Positions 1 through 10,010 of a DNA stretch of 64,000 bases are shown in pieces. This DNA comes from an uncultured delta proteobacterium. GTDB taxonomy: Bacteria > Desulfobacterota > Binatia > UBA9968. Under the pieces are notes generated by a model, which was given only the letters and a program-made list of their open reading frames with translations, was not told the origin of the DNA and did no database searches. How positions within the stretch are numbered: position 1 is the first letter of the stretch; the number at the start of each line of letters is the position of its first letter. The position numbers and the translations under genes are program-made. Where the stretch lies: assembly GCA_963728565.1 (NCBI GenBank), contig CAVSLC010000020.1, forward strand, positions 101,605-165,604, written 5' to 3'.

Positions 1-398
1 TGGTTCATATCGTCTTGAAAATAAGTGATGCCGACCAGTTTTTTCATTCCTAACGCTCGGAACGCATCGACCTGAGCGATCGTAGCCACAGTGACGGGAA
101 TTTTGTATTTCTTGGTCAGCGAATCGGCGATCGCACGATCCGCACCATGGCCGCGCACCATTGTCGGCGGCGCTCCCATGATCATCACCACATCCGCGCC
201 CAATTCCGCCAAGCGCGCGACTTTCTTTTCGGCAACCGTCAAAGCCTCCTGCAGCTCTTCTTCATTCCCGGCGCGAATCCCGGCATGAGCGGGAATAAAG
301 CCAACCCCTTCCGGCATGAGCTTGATGAAACTTTCCATCGATCCCGGACGATATGTGGGCTTTACCAACCCGACGATTCCGCGCGCACCGTAGTACAT
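1..398 (-). CDS. Asp/Glu racemase superfamily protein (arylmalonate decarboxylase / maleate isomerase-like), runs off the window edge
   Basis: Manual translation (not in the ORF track): MYYGARGIVGLVKPTYRPGS...GADVVMIMGAPP...IPVTVATIAQVDAFRALGMKKLVGITYF; AAGGAG RBS upstream of the ATG at 398. Confidence 0.75.
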   Translation of the reverse strand, partial: MYYGARGIVGLVKPTYRPGSMESFIKLMPEGVGFIPAHAGIRAGNEEELQEALTVAEKKVARLAELGADVVMIMGAPPTMVRGHGADRAIADSLTKKYKIPVTVATIAQVDAFRALGMKKLVGITYFQDDMN

Positions 399-433
399 TC
401 GTTGTTTTCTCCTTAACTCTGCAGCTGATCTTT

Positions 434-2149
434 CTATGCCGCCGCCTGGAGCCCGTGGCCGTTGCCGCTGCCCAGCACGCTGCCTGGCAGCGCCCCAGTG
501 TGTTTGCCCTTATCCACCAGGACCTCGCCGTTGACGATCGTCATTTCGATACCCGTTGCTTTTTGGATGAAGCGTTTTTCGTCACCTGGCAAGTCTTGCA
601 CCATTTCCGGGTCGCACTCACGGATCGTCGCCGGATCGAATAGAACTAGATCTGCGGCCATGCCGCGGCGCAGCAAGCCGCGGCCCTGCAGGCCGAAGAT
701 TGACGCAACCATGAACGTCAGTTTGCGCACGCCTTCTTCGAGGCTCATGATTTTTTTCTCACGCACCCAGTAACCAAGCAGGCGGGTCGAATAACCAAAC
801 CCGGCATCGTAGATCAGATGCGCGCCGGCATCGGACTGCCCGACGAGAACATAGGGGCTGCGGATGATCTCGGCCACCGCTTCTTCGTCACCATTGGTGC
901 TGGAGGTTTGAAACTCGGTGTCCAACCCTTCCTCGAGCGAGAGATCGAGGAAGGCGTCGATCACATCCTGACCGCGCATTTTGGCGATCTCCGCCACGCT
1001 CTTTTTTTCCAGATATTTATTCGCCGGAGTGGCGGCGTTGATCAGATACACGAGATCCCAGCGTCGAGAGAAACGCGACGACTTCTTCTCCTCGACCGCT
1101 TCATAGCGCATTTTCTTGCGCGTATCCGGATCTTTGATCGCTTCGATGCGCGCTTCCAGCGGTAAGAATAGAATTGTCTTCCAGGTCGGCAGGTCATCGA
1201 ACACCTGGGCGTTCTTCATCGTGAGCCGGTTGTTGAACAAACGGGCATTGCACAACGGATAGGACTGCACCCCTCGGTCGATCGATTCTTTGGCGAGATC
1301 CAAAAGCTGGCGCCATTCATTGGGCTTATCCCAGCGATGCGTGATGCTCTGCCAGATCACCGGCCGGCCGGAACGGCTGGAAATTTCGTCGAACAGCTGC
1401 ACGCTCTCCCGCATCGGCACCGAAACACCCAGTGAGCCCCGGGAGATCTGCACAGCGCCCTGGTTGATCTCGCCCAGCGCGCAGGCGAGCTCGATAATCT
1501 CTTCGTCGGTGGCAAAGCGACTCTGGATTGGCGTGCCGTCGGCATACATGTGCACGGGATTCTGATTGGTCGAAAAACCGGAGGCGCCCGCGCGCACGCT
1601 GGCCTTTAACACTTCTTTCATCTGATGAATCTCCGCCGCAGTCGCAGCGCGCTCGATGGACGCCTCGCCCATTACGAATTGGCGCAGCGCGCAGTGGCCC
1701 ACCAGCGATGCGACGTTAATACCCAGGTGACCGCGCAGAGCGTCGAGGTATTCGCCGAAGGCAGTAAAGCCCCACTTCACTCCGGCTTTCAGAGCCGGCA
1801 GCGTAATCGCTTCAACGCGCTCGAAGCTTTTCAGTATCGTCTCACGGTCCTGTTCCTTACAGGGCGCCAGCGACAGCCCGCAATTTCCGGGTATGACGGT
1901 GGTCACACCGTGATAGCAGGAAGAAGTGGCCAAGGGATCCCATAAAAGCTGGGCATCGAGGTGCGTGTGAAAATCGATGAAGCCCGGCGACACGGCAAGA
2001 CCATCGGCATTCACGATTCGCTGCGCGCTGCCGCTGATCCGCCCCATTTCAACAATGCGACCATCCTTAACCGCCACATCACCGAGGTAGGAAGGCAATC
2101 CACTGCCATCGTAAATGCGGCCGCCTTTGATGAGTAAGTCATACGACAT
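434..2149 (-). CDS. N-acyl-D-amino acid deacylase-like amidohydrolase
   Basis: YDLLIKGGRIYDGSG, PGFIDFHTHLD, HGVTTVIPGNCG, SDAGAH and GMAADLVLFDP motifs. Confidence 0.9.
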   Translation of the reverse strand: MSYDLLIKGGRIYDGSGLPSYLGDVAVKDGRIVEMGRISGSAQRIVNADGLAVSPGFIDFHTHLDAQLLWDPLATSSCYHGVTTVIPGNCGLSLAPCKEQDRETILKSFERVEAITLPALKAGVKWGFTAFGEYLDALRGHLGINVASLVGHCALRQFVMGEASIERAATAAEIHQMKEVLKASVRAGASGFSTNQNPVHMYADGTPIQSRFATDEEIIELACALGEINQGAVQISRGSLGVSVPMRESVQLFDEISSRSGRPVIWQSITHRWDKPNEWRQLLDLAKESIDRGVQSYPLCNARLFNNRLTMKNAQVFDDLPTWKTILFLPLEARIEAIKDPDTRKKMRYEAVEEKKSSRFSRRWDLVYLINAATPANKYLEKKSVAEIAKMRGQDVIDAFLDLSLEEGLDTEFQTSSTNGDEEAVAEIIRSPYVLVGQSDAGAHLIYDAGFGYSTRLLGYWVREKKIMSLEEGVRKLTFMVASIFGLQGRGLLRRGMAADLVLFDPATIRECDPEMVQDLPGDEKRFIQKATGIEMTIVNGEVLVDKGKHTGALPGSVLGSGNGHGLQAAA

Positions 2150-2453
2150 GAGAAATCCTCCTTGGTCGATCCAACCGGCTGGCTGAGCTTATAGATAGGG
2201 GTATACAAAAGTCAATCAAGAATCGCTAACCGAACTCCGGATCGAAGAATCCTCGTGACGACAATGATCTAACTTCTCTGTACTTTTGGTGTCTGGCGAC
2301 GGGAAGAGCCGATCGACTCACCGACAGCGCTTAGTCGGCGATACTCCGTAACCTCGGACCTCGGCAGCCTGTATGAATCGGATGCGGCATTGTGTAAGTC
2401 CAACCGTTATGAATGAGCTATGACTTAACTTTGAACCGTTAAGCAAAAAAGTT

Positions 2454-5400
2454 TCAGGAGAGTAAGAGCTCGAGATCTTCGCGGGTTAGGTTGTGCAGCA
2501 AGCTATTGTCCGCGGTAATGATGGCATCTGCCAGATCGCGTTTACTTTTCTGCAGCTCCAACACCTTTTCTTCGACGGTGTCGCGCGCAATCAGACGATA
2601 AGCAAAGACCTGGCGGGTTTGGCCGATGCGATGGGCGCGGTCGATGGCCTGAGCTTCTACGGCTGGATTCCACCAGGGATCAAGAAGGTAGACGTATTCA
2701 GCGGCGTGTAAATTGAGACCCAGCCCGCCTGCCTTAAGGCTGATGAGGAACAACTGGATGGTTGGATCGTTCTGAAACTCCTCGACTCGCGCCTCTCGGT
2801 CGCGAGTCCGGCCATCCAGGTAGGAATAAGGGACTTGGTCACGATCGAGCCGATCACGGACAATGGCAAGCAAACTGGTGAACTGTGAGAAAACCAGCGC
2901 TTTATGTCCCTCCTCGCGCACTTGCTCGAGTTGGCCCATCAAAGTGTCGAGCTTGGCGCTGGGTTCGGCAACTTTGCTCTTATCGATCAGACCGGGATGG
3001 CAAGCGGCCTGACGCAGACGCAGCAGCGCCTCGAGCGCCTGGAACTTGACGCGGCTACGGTCTCCATTTTCGAAGTCCTTCAACAACCGCGCGCGGTAGT
3101 AGGCGCGCAACTCGTCGTACTGTTTTTTTTCGCGCCCCTCCAGATCACAAAAGATAGTTTGCTCGGTCTTATCCGGAAGCTCGCGCGCCACCTGGCTTTT
3201 CGTGCGCCTAAGCACAAAGGGCCGCAGCGCGCGCGCCAACAAACTACGGGTGGCGGGGTCGGGATTGCGCCCGGCACGGCCAAATACCGTGGCACTGCCG
3301 AAGAGACCGGGATTGAGAAACTCGAATAAGCTCCAGAGCTCGCCCAGATGGTTTTCCACCGGGGTGCCGCTCATAGCCAGGCGGTGGTCGGCGCGTAGCA
3401 AGCGCGCCGCTTTGGCCGATAATGTTCCGGCATTTTTGATCGCCTGCGCTTCATCAAGAACACAATAGTCGAAACATTGTGCTTTAAATTCCACGGCATC
3501 GCGCCGCAGCGTGCCATAGGTGGTAATGACAACATCATAGTCGCCGAAATGTTCGCCCGGCTTTGCGCGCAACGATCCGGTATGATCAAGGAATCGCAGT
3601 TCAGGCGTAAACCGCGCAGCCTCTCTCTTCCAATGAAAGACCAGCGAACGTGGCACCACGACTAATGAAGGCCGCGGCGCTTGACGCTCGCCACGGGCAT
3701 ACGAGTCGCGACGCGACTCCAACAACGCTAATACCTGAACTGTTTTGCCGAGCCCCATGTCGTCGGCCAGGCAACCACCCAAGCCGAAGCGCTGCAGAAA
3801 ACCGAGCCACCCCAGGCCCTCGCGCTGATAGTCGCGCAAGTGCCCAACGAAATCAGCTGTCGGGTCGGCAGCCTTGAGACCGGCGAATGAGTAGAGTTCT
3901 TGCCGTACGCGCTCGAACCCGGCATCGACAGCCACATTCTCTTCACTGGCAATTAGCGCATCGATCAAGCCGACTTGCTTTCGGCTAAACCTCAGCTGAT
4001 CGCCATGCATGCTGCCCAGGCCGGCCAGCAGCCGGTATTTTTCCAGCCAATCTTCGGGCAAAATGCCGAGGGTGCCGTCATCGAGCCGGACGGTCTCTTC
4101 GCCACGCTTTATGGCGCGCAGCAATTTCGGCAGCGCCAGTTTGACTTGATCAAATTGGGCGCCGCCCTGAAGCTCAAACCAATCAACTCCCGACTTGACA
4201 TTGAGACGCAGAGCGCTCGCCGGACGATAAATTTTCCCTTCGGCCTCGACTCTCCATCCGTCGCCGCTTAGCGCGCGCACGACGCTCGGAAGACGGTCCG
4301 GTGAGAATTCGAATTCGCTCTCAGAGCCGGGCCAATGCCGGCTGGCGAAAGCCAAGCTCTTTCAAGCGATTCACCGCCGCATCTTCCACGGCAAAGTCGC
4401 GATTGATCAATCGGCGACGATTTTGTTGATGTATGGCCTGTCCGGGGTACCTGTGCGGCACCAGGGTGCCGTCATACTCAAAAGAAAGATTACCGATCAG
4501 ACGAGCATTTACTGATTTGCGCTCACTTGGAGAGCTTATCGTTAAACCCGGATTAGGACGGCAGGTGACTTCTTCGAAGCTAAACTCCTGCGGTAGTTTA
4601 AGCCGTGGCCGGCGCGGCATACGCAAGATCTCATTGACGAATTCATCGCCCTCTGTTTTGGGGACAGACATCGGTCCATGATCTCGCAGAAGCTCAATCC
4701 AGCTAAACGCGCCGAAATTGTGCAAACGAGCGATGCGACCGTCATAAACCAGCAGGCCGCCGGCAACGATGAGCTGCGGGTTTTTGAGGTCCATCTCTAC
4801 GTCTTCGCGCCGTCAACACGCCCCGCACAGAGTACTCTTCTCCGGATTTATCGACGGTCATTTCCACGCCGAAGTCCCAGCGGCTCGCCTTCGTCCCATA
4901 CCAGTGGCTTCTGAGCCGGGTCACTTGAGAGACCGAGTACGAATCGCTCTGTGGCGCACATCAGCGGCAACACCAGATCCCATGAAGGCTCCGCTAGGCT
5001 GAAGGTCGACTGAACTGAATCGTAGTACGGCGAATAACCGTAGCTGGTTTCTTCCCGCGCTCCAGCCAATAGCGCGAGAATTCGTCTGTCGGCGGGATCG
5101 GGGAGAGCAGCGATCTCGTTGAGACGGATTTTTTGACTCTTGAGCTTGCCCCAACTACCATCGGCTTTTCGAACGCGCTGCGCCACTTGGATCGTCAACC
5201 GTTCGCTGTCGACGCAACCCTTCATATCGATGGCATAGATGAAGTAGCGCTCGGGGCCGTCATCCAAATTGAACCGGCGATCCTGTGCCGCCATGACCCG
5301 CATTAAGCCGCTGAAGTTGCTGCTTCCAACTTACCTCAGGTGAACGCGAGGTTCGGCTCCGCTCAGCTGATGATAATTGAACAATCCTGGTATTTCTTCT

Positions 5401-5723
5401 CTGATTTCGCCGGGAGCGGGATCACCTAATCCGTCGAGAAACCCACTTTGCTCGGCTGCCAAAAACACCGCCCATATGTGTTTGCAGGTGACCAGCTCGC
5501 GGTCGTAAAGGGGGCAGCTGCACGAGACTTGGAAAAAATCCTGGGCCCGAAGAATGATGACTTCGTAGCGTCGCGTACCTTGGACCGTCGCCGCGACCCG
5601 CCAAGCGCTTCCTTCGATGATGTTGACGGCGCCGTCCAGATAATACCGTTCGCCTCGCTCGCGAAAAGTCCGGCTGACACACCCGGATACTGCTGAGGTC
5701 AGGGATTTAAACGAGTTTTTCAC
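2454..5723 (-). CDS. SWIM zinc-finger SNF2/DEAD-like helicase, split by three frameshifts
   Basis: Four collinear ORFs: 5331-5723 (SWIM CSCP...CKH), 4848-5303, 4321-4794 and 2454-4355 (LADDMGLGKT, DEAQ, SGTP, QAIDRAHRIGQ). Confidence 0.88.
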
Positions 5724-6178
5724 AATCGATCACTAATTACCGGTCGCCCTGAAACGCCGACGGCGTTGTTGGACGCGCTTTCATCGCGATGAAGTTGTTT
5801 GATCGCAGTTGTTAAAGCCTCATAAGGACGACGAATTGATGGTACTCGCCGCCATGATTTGGATGTTCGGCACAGCGCTCGGGTCAATGTCGAAGTCGCG
5901 TACTGAGTTTGAAAGACCACCCATCAAGGTAACCTTTGAGATTAACAGCCGCAAGCAGGAAACCACAACTCCCGGGCATCGGTTTTTTAAGCGCGTACCG
6001 GGAGACTGACGAGCGATTATAGAGGAATTATAGAAATGCGCTCGCGCCCTGAACCATGCTTTAGCTCCGTTGATGCCGCACGAGTGCTGGCAACGCGAAA
6101 TTGCGGTCACGGCTCGGCCAGGCAGCGTGGAAGGTCTCGATGGATCGGAATGTGGGAGCTGATCGCAAGCGGCCGTCA

Positions 6179-7188
6179 TCAACGCTCTGACAGCACCGCT
6201 TTTACAAAGCCGCTTTGATCGAGCTCTCGTACCAGGCGGCTATCGGAAAAATCTTCGGGCTTTGCACCTTTGGCCTTAGGGTTTTGTTTCTCCAGTCCCT
6301 GCAGCAAGCTGGCAATGCCGCTGATGGATGGATACGGCGGAATCGCAAAGTTGGATTTGACCACGGCATTATAACTCTCCTCGAGGATTTCCCGGTCGTC
6401 GGTTCTGAAATATTTGGCTCATTGCCTTTAGGGCAAAGTTCTTGTCCTTCTGCGCTCGCGCCGCGCCTTCGATGTATGCCCGCAAGAAACGTCTCACCAT
6501 ATCTTCGTTGGTTTTTAGATATCGCCGCGTCGTCACCACTCCGTTGATGTGATATTCCGCATCCAGCTTGGACATATCCAAAAGCTCTTTAAGCTTGACT
6601 TTGCGCGCCTGCAAGGTCGCGGGAGGAGTGATTGCCGCCGCGTGGACCTTTCCTGCCGCCATCGCGGTTACTGTTTCTGCCGGTCCTCCCGTCTGAACCA
6701 TAGTTATGTCGCGTTCAGGTTCAATCCCATAGGCGCGCAGGGCGAATCTGGAAGCGAGATCGGAAAGTGTTCCAAACCGGGTTGCGCCAAATACCTTTCC
6801 TCTTAGATCCTCCATTTTTTCGATGCCCGGCCGGGCAAAGATCGAGAACAGAAACTTACGCACGATCGTCGCGATAATCACAGTGTCAGCGCCGGAGAAG
6901 TTGGCTTGGATTGAGGCAGCGCCGCCAAGCTGGATAATCGGCAACTCACCTGCGAGCATCGCCTGAAGAGCCAGGGAACTGCCGGGAATGCTGATCGTCT
7001 CGGCGTCCAAGCCGTGCTTCTCGTAATAGTTTCCCTCCTTGGCAAGCCACATGGTCATCTGCGTCGCCGACGCCGAGCCTCCGCCGAGCCGAATTTTGTC
7101 GAGTTTCTTTTCTTGCGCCGGTGCAGCGCCGAATAGAGCTAAGGTGATGAACACGGCGCAAGGCAATATCAGGCGATTGACTGTTCAT
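6179..7188 (-). CDS. NitT/TauT-family ABC substrate-binding protein, frameshifted
   Basis: Main ORF 6369-7166 plus C-terminal piece 6179-6364 (PYPSISGI...DQSGFV); the ATG at 7188 has an AAGGAG RBS but is out of frame with the main ORF. Confidence 0.8.
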
Positions 7189-7289
7189 GTGACTCTCCTT
7201 CTCGCAGCTACAAGTCGTGCCAAAATAGAGAGACAGCAGCCTAGGTGTCAAGCGATCCGGCTGGGCGGTCGCTAAGCCGAGGGCAAGGA

Positions 7290-8081
7290 CTATGAGCGGT
7301 GGGTCTCTTTCTGTAGAAGCGCTTTTAGGGTTGCGGCGTTTTTTAGCGCATGGCCATGCAAATCATTATTGAAGTAGACGTAAGCGTCCAGTCCGGATTC
7401 TAGATAGCCTTTAATTTCTCGGGCGTAAACACCAAGGGTTGCATCATCGTAGTTGCCGTCGTAATGGCCGCCGTGAAATCGCATGTAGACCCAATCGGCG
7501 GTAACCTCTCGGGGGTGCTCGGGGATCATGTCGTGGATGCACAAAGCGGCGCGATAGCGACGCAGCACCTCATACACTTCGTTTATCAACCAGCGCGGAT
7601 CGCGAAACTCCACCGTCCACCGATGTCTCCGCGGAGCGGCTGCAAGAAAGTCTGCTAATCGTTCTACGTTGACATCCCATCTTGGCGGCAGCTGGACGAG
7701 AATCGGAGCCAAGTGATCCGCAAGGCGCTCGGCGCGTTCGGTGAATCTACGGATGGTGTCCTCGGCATTCTTCAGTTTCATGACGTGCGAACCGTAGCGG
7801 CTGAATTTCAGGGCGAAACAGAATCCGTCCGGGGCGCCGGCCCTCCAGGCATCGAAGTAAGTTTCCGGCGGCAGGCGGTAGAAGGTGTTGTTGAGCTCAA
7901 CCGTGTCGAACTGCGCGGCATAGTAAGCGAACCATTGCTTGGAAGAAAGATTCTCAGGGTAGAAGATTCCCTTCCAGTGCTTGTAGTGAAAACCGGAGGT
8001 GCCGATACGGTAGTGACCGGAGCGTCTACCCGTCCGGGCTTGCTTTGATGCAAGGTCTGTCATCGGCGGAGTTGCCGTCAT
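7290..8081 (-). CDS. DUF72 family protein
   Basis: IGTSGF.Y..W.G.FYP, FDTVELNNTFY, VEFRDPRW, YMRFHG and YVYFNND motifs. Confidence 0.9.
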   Translation of the reverse strand: MTATPPMTDLASKQARTGRRSGHYRIGTSGFHYKHWKGIFYPENLSSKQWFAYYAAQFDTVELNNTFYRLPPETYFDAWRAGAPDGFCFALKFSRYGSHVMKLKNAEDTIRRFTERAERLADHLAPILVQLPPRWDVNVERLADFLAAAPRRHRWTVEFRDPRWLINEVYEVLRRYRAALCIHDMIPEHPREVTADWVYMRFHGGHYDGNYDDATLGVYAREIKGYLESGLDAYVYFNNDLHGHALKNAATLKALLQKETHRS

Positions 8082-8174
8082 CTAGATCGATGTGCTGTGG
8101 GTAAAATTCCTATAAAGAGCGTAACCTCCACAACGACTGAGTCAACCGAGACCCTCATAGACTAAACCTAGGGA

Positions 8175-9695
8175 TCATGCCGGCGGGTAAACAACTCCTG
8201 AGCCGGGACCAAGCGGAATCCCCAGGAGTAGCCAGGCAATCAGCAGAAAGGTCCAGCCGATCGCGAAGCTAACCGAGTACGGCAGCATCAGCGTCAGCAA
8301 AGTTCCAAGGCCGATAGATGGTTGATATTTTTGCGCGAACGCGATGATCAACGGCATGTAGGGCATGAGAGGCGTGATAATATTGGTAAAGGAATCGCCG
8401 ATTCGATAAGCGCCTTGGGTCATCTCAGGAGAGAAACCGAGAATCATCAGCATCGGCACAAACACAGGTCCGATAACGGCCCACTTGGCCGAGGCGCTGG
8501 CGACAAAGAGATCGATGGCGGCGCAAACAAAAATAAATAAAACGATCAGTGGGATCCCCGACAAGCCCGAGCCACGCAACAAGTCAGCGCCGCTGACGGC
8601 CAGTATCAAGCCGAGATTGGACCAGCCGAAGTAGGCGACAAACTGGCTTGCCGCAAACGCCAACGCGATGTAGCTCCCCATGGTGCCAAGGGTCTCTTCG
8701 ATCATGCGTGCGACGTCGCGGTTGCTTGTGATCGTTCCTGCCGCCAAGCCATAGGCAAGCGCCGGCAGCAAGAACCCCACAGCCATCAAAACCACCATAC
8801 CTTGAAAGAACGGCTCGAGAGTGCCGTTGGCATCGCGCAAGAGTGCGTCCTGCGGCGCTACCAGGAAGAGCAATATGACGAGCTCGGAAACGAGAGTGAT
8901 CCCCGCAGCCTTCAAGCCGCGCTTTTCTTGGATCTCCAGGACTACCGAACCGGGCGCCTCTTGCATTCGATACGGACCCAATCTCGGCTCGATAATCAAG
9001 TTGGTTACGAGCGCACCGATGCCGGTCAGCAAGAAAGTGGAGGCGATCATCAAATAGTAATTTGCGCTGGCTGGAACCACGTACTTCGGATCATAGAGTC
9101 TCGCTGCCTCCTGGGTAAGGCCAGCCAGAAGCGGATCGAGCGGCGTGAGAAACAGGTTGGCGCTGAACCCTCCCGATACTCCGGCGAAGGCGGCAGCCAA
9201 CCCGGCAATCGGATGGCGGCCGACTTGCGCAAATAGGACCGCCCCAAGTGGTATGAGGATGACGTACCCCGCATCCACCGTGAGACTGGCGTTGACCCCG
9301 GCAAATACCAACGCGGTCGTAATCAGCCAAGACGGCACACTCCGTACGAATCCTTTGAGGGCGGCGGAAAAAAGGCCGCTCCGCTCCGCCACACCTACCC
9401 CGATCATCGCGACCAGCACCGTGCCTAATGGAGCAAAGCCGGTAAAATTTCCCACAGCCTTGGTGACGATGTTCTGGATGCCCTGGCGATCGAGTAGGTT
9501 AACGGCGGCGATCTGTTTCCCTGTCACGGGATGAACTACCGCGAATCCCAAAACATGGGCGAGGAATGAAAAAATCAGAACTATAAGGGAAAAGAGTATA
9601 AATAGATTGAACGGATGCGGCAGCTTGTTACCCCAGCGCTCAATCCTGTCGAGCAAGCCTGCAGTAAAGCTTCTCGGACGCAGCTTGGTCATCAT
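8175..9695 (-). CDS. AbgT-family transporter
   Basis: IERWGNKLPHP, GRHPIAGLAAAFAGVSGGFSAN and YRIGDSFTNIITPL motifs. Confidence 0.92.
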   Translation of the reverse strand: MMTKLRPRSFTAGLLDRIERWGNKLPHPFNLFILFSLIVLIFSFLAHVLGFAVVHPVTGKQIAAVNLLDRQGIQNIVTKAVGNFTGFAPLGTVLVAMIGVGVAERSGLFSAALKGFVRSVPSWLITTALVFAGVNASLTVDAGYVILIPLGAVLFAQVGRHPIAGLAAAFAGVSGGFSANLFLTPLDPLLAGLTQEAARLYDPKYVVPASANYYLMIASTFLLTGIGALVTNLIIEPRLGPYRMQEAPGSVVLEIQEKRGLKAAGITLVSELVILLFLVAPQDALLRDANGTLEPFFQGMVVLMAVGFLLPALAYGLAAGTITSNRDVARMIEETLGTMGSYIALAFAASQFVAYFGWSNLGLILAVSGADLLRGSGLSGIPLIVLFIFVCAAIDLFVASASAKWAVIGPVFVPMLMILGFSPEMTQGAYRIGDSFTNIITPLMPYMPLIIAFAQKYQPSIGLGTLLTLMLPYSVSFAIGWTFLLIAWLLLGIPLGPGSGVVYPPA

Positions 9696-10010
9696 CGCCC
9701 TTTGAATAATACTCTCCGCTTGAATCAGTCAAGTAGATAGCCTCTTGGCCTGCCCGCTGCCGGCGCGGACCAGCTCAGCCAATTGAACGAATATCATCAA
9801 AGCATCGATCACCGTGTGCGGCGATCAAGCGATCAATTCGCGTGTATTGCAGATTTGCCGCCGCAGCAGATTTCATCAGGCTCGGCTAACAAGTGGCGAC
9901 GGTTAACGCCGCTTGCTGGGTAAATGGGCGCTTCACAGTGAGCAAAGAGCGCTGTTCAGCTTGCCAAAGCTGATTGAAGACCCAGGGGATAAATGTTAGA
10001 CGGAACACCT

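Noticed and set aside
5720-6182. Short ORFs upstream of the SNF2 gene
   Set aside because: No recognisable motif, RBS or codon bias
7200-7225. Sigma54 promoter (TGGCACG on the minus strand)
   Set aside because: The GG-to-GC spacing is 11 rather than 10 nt
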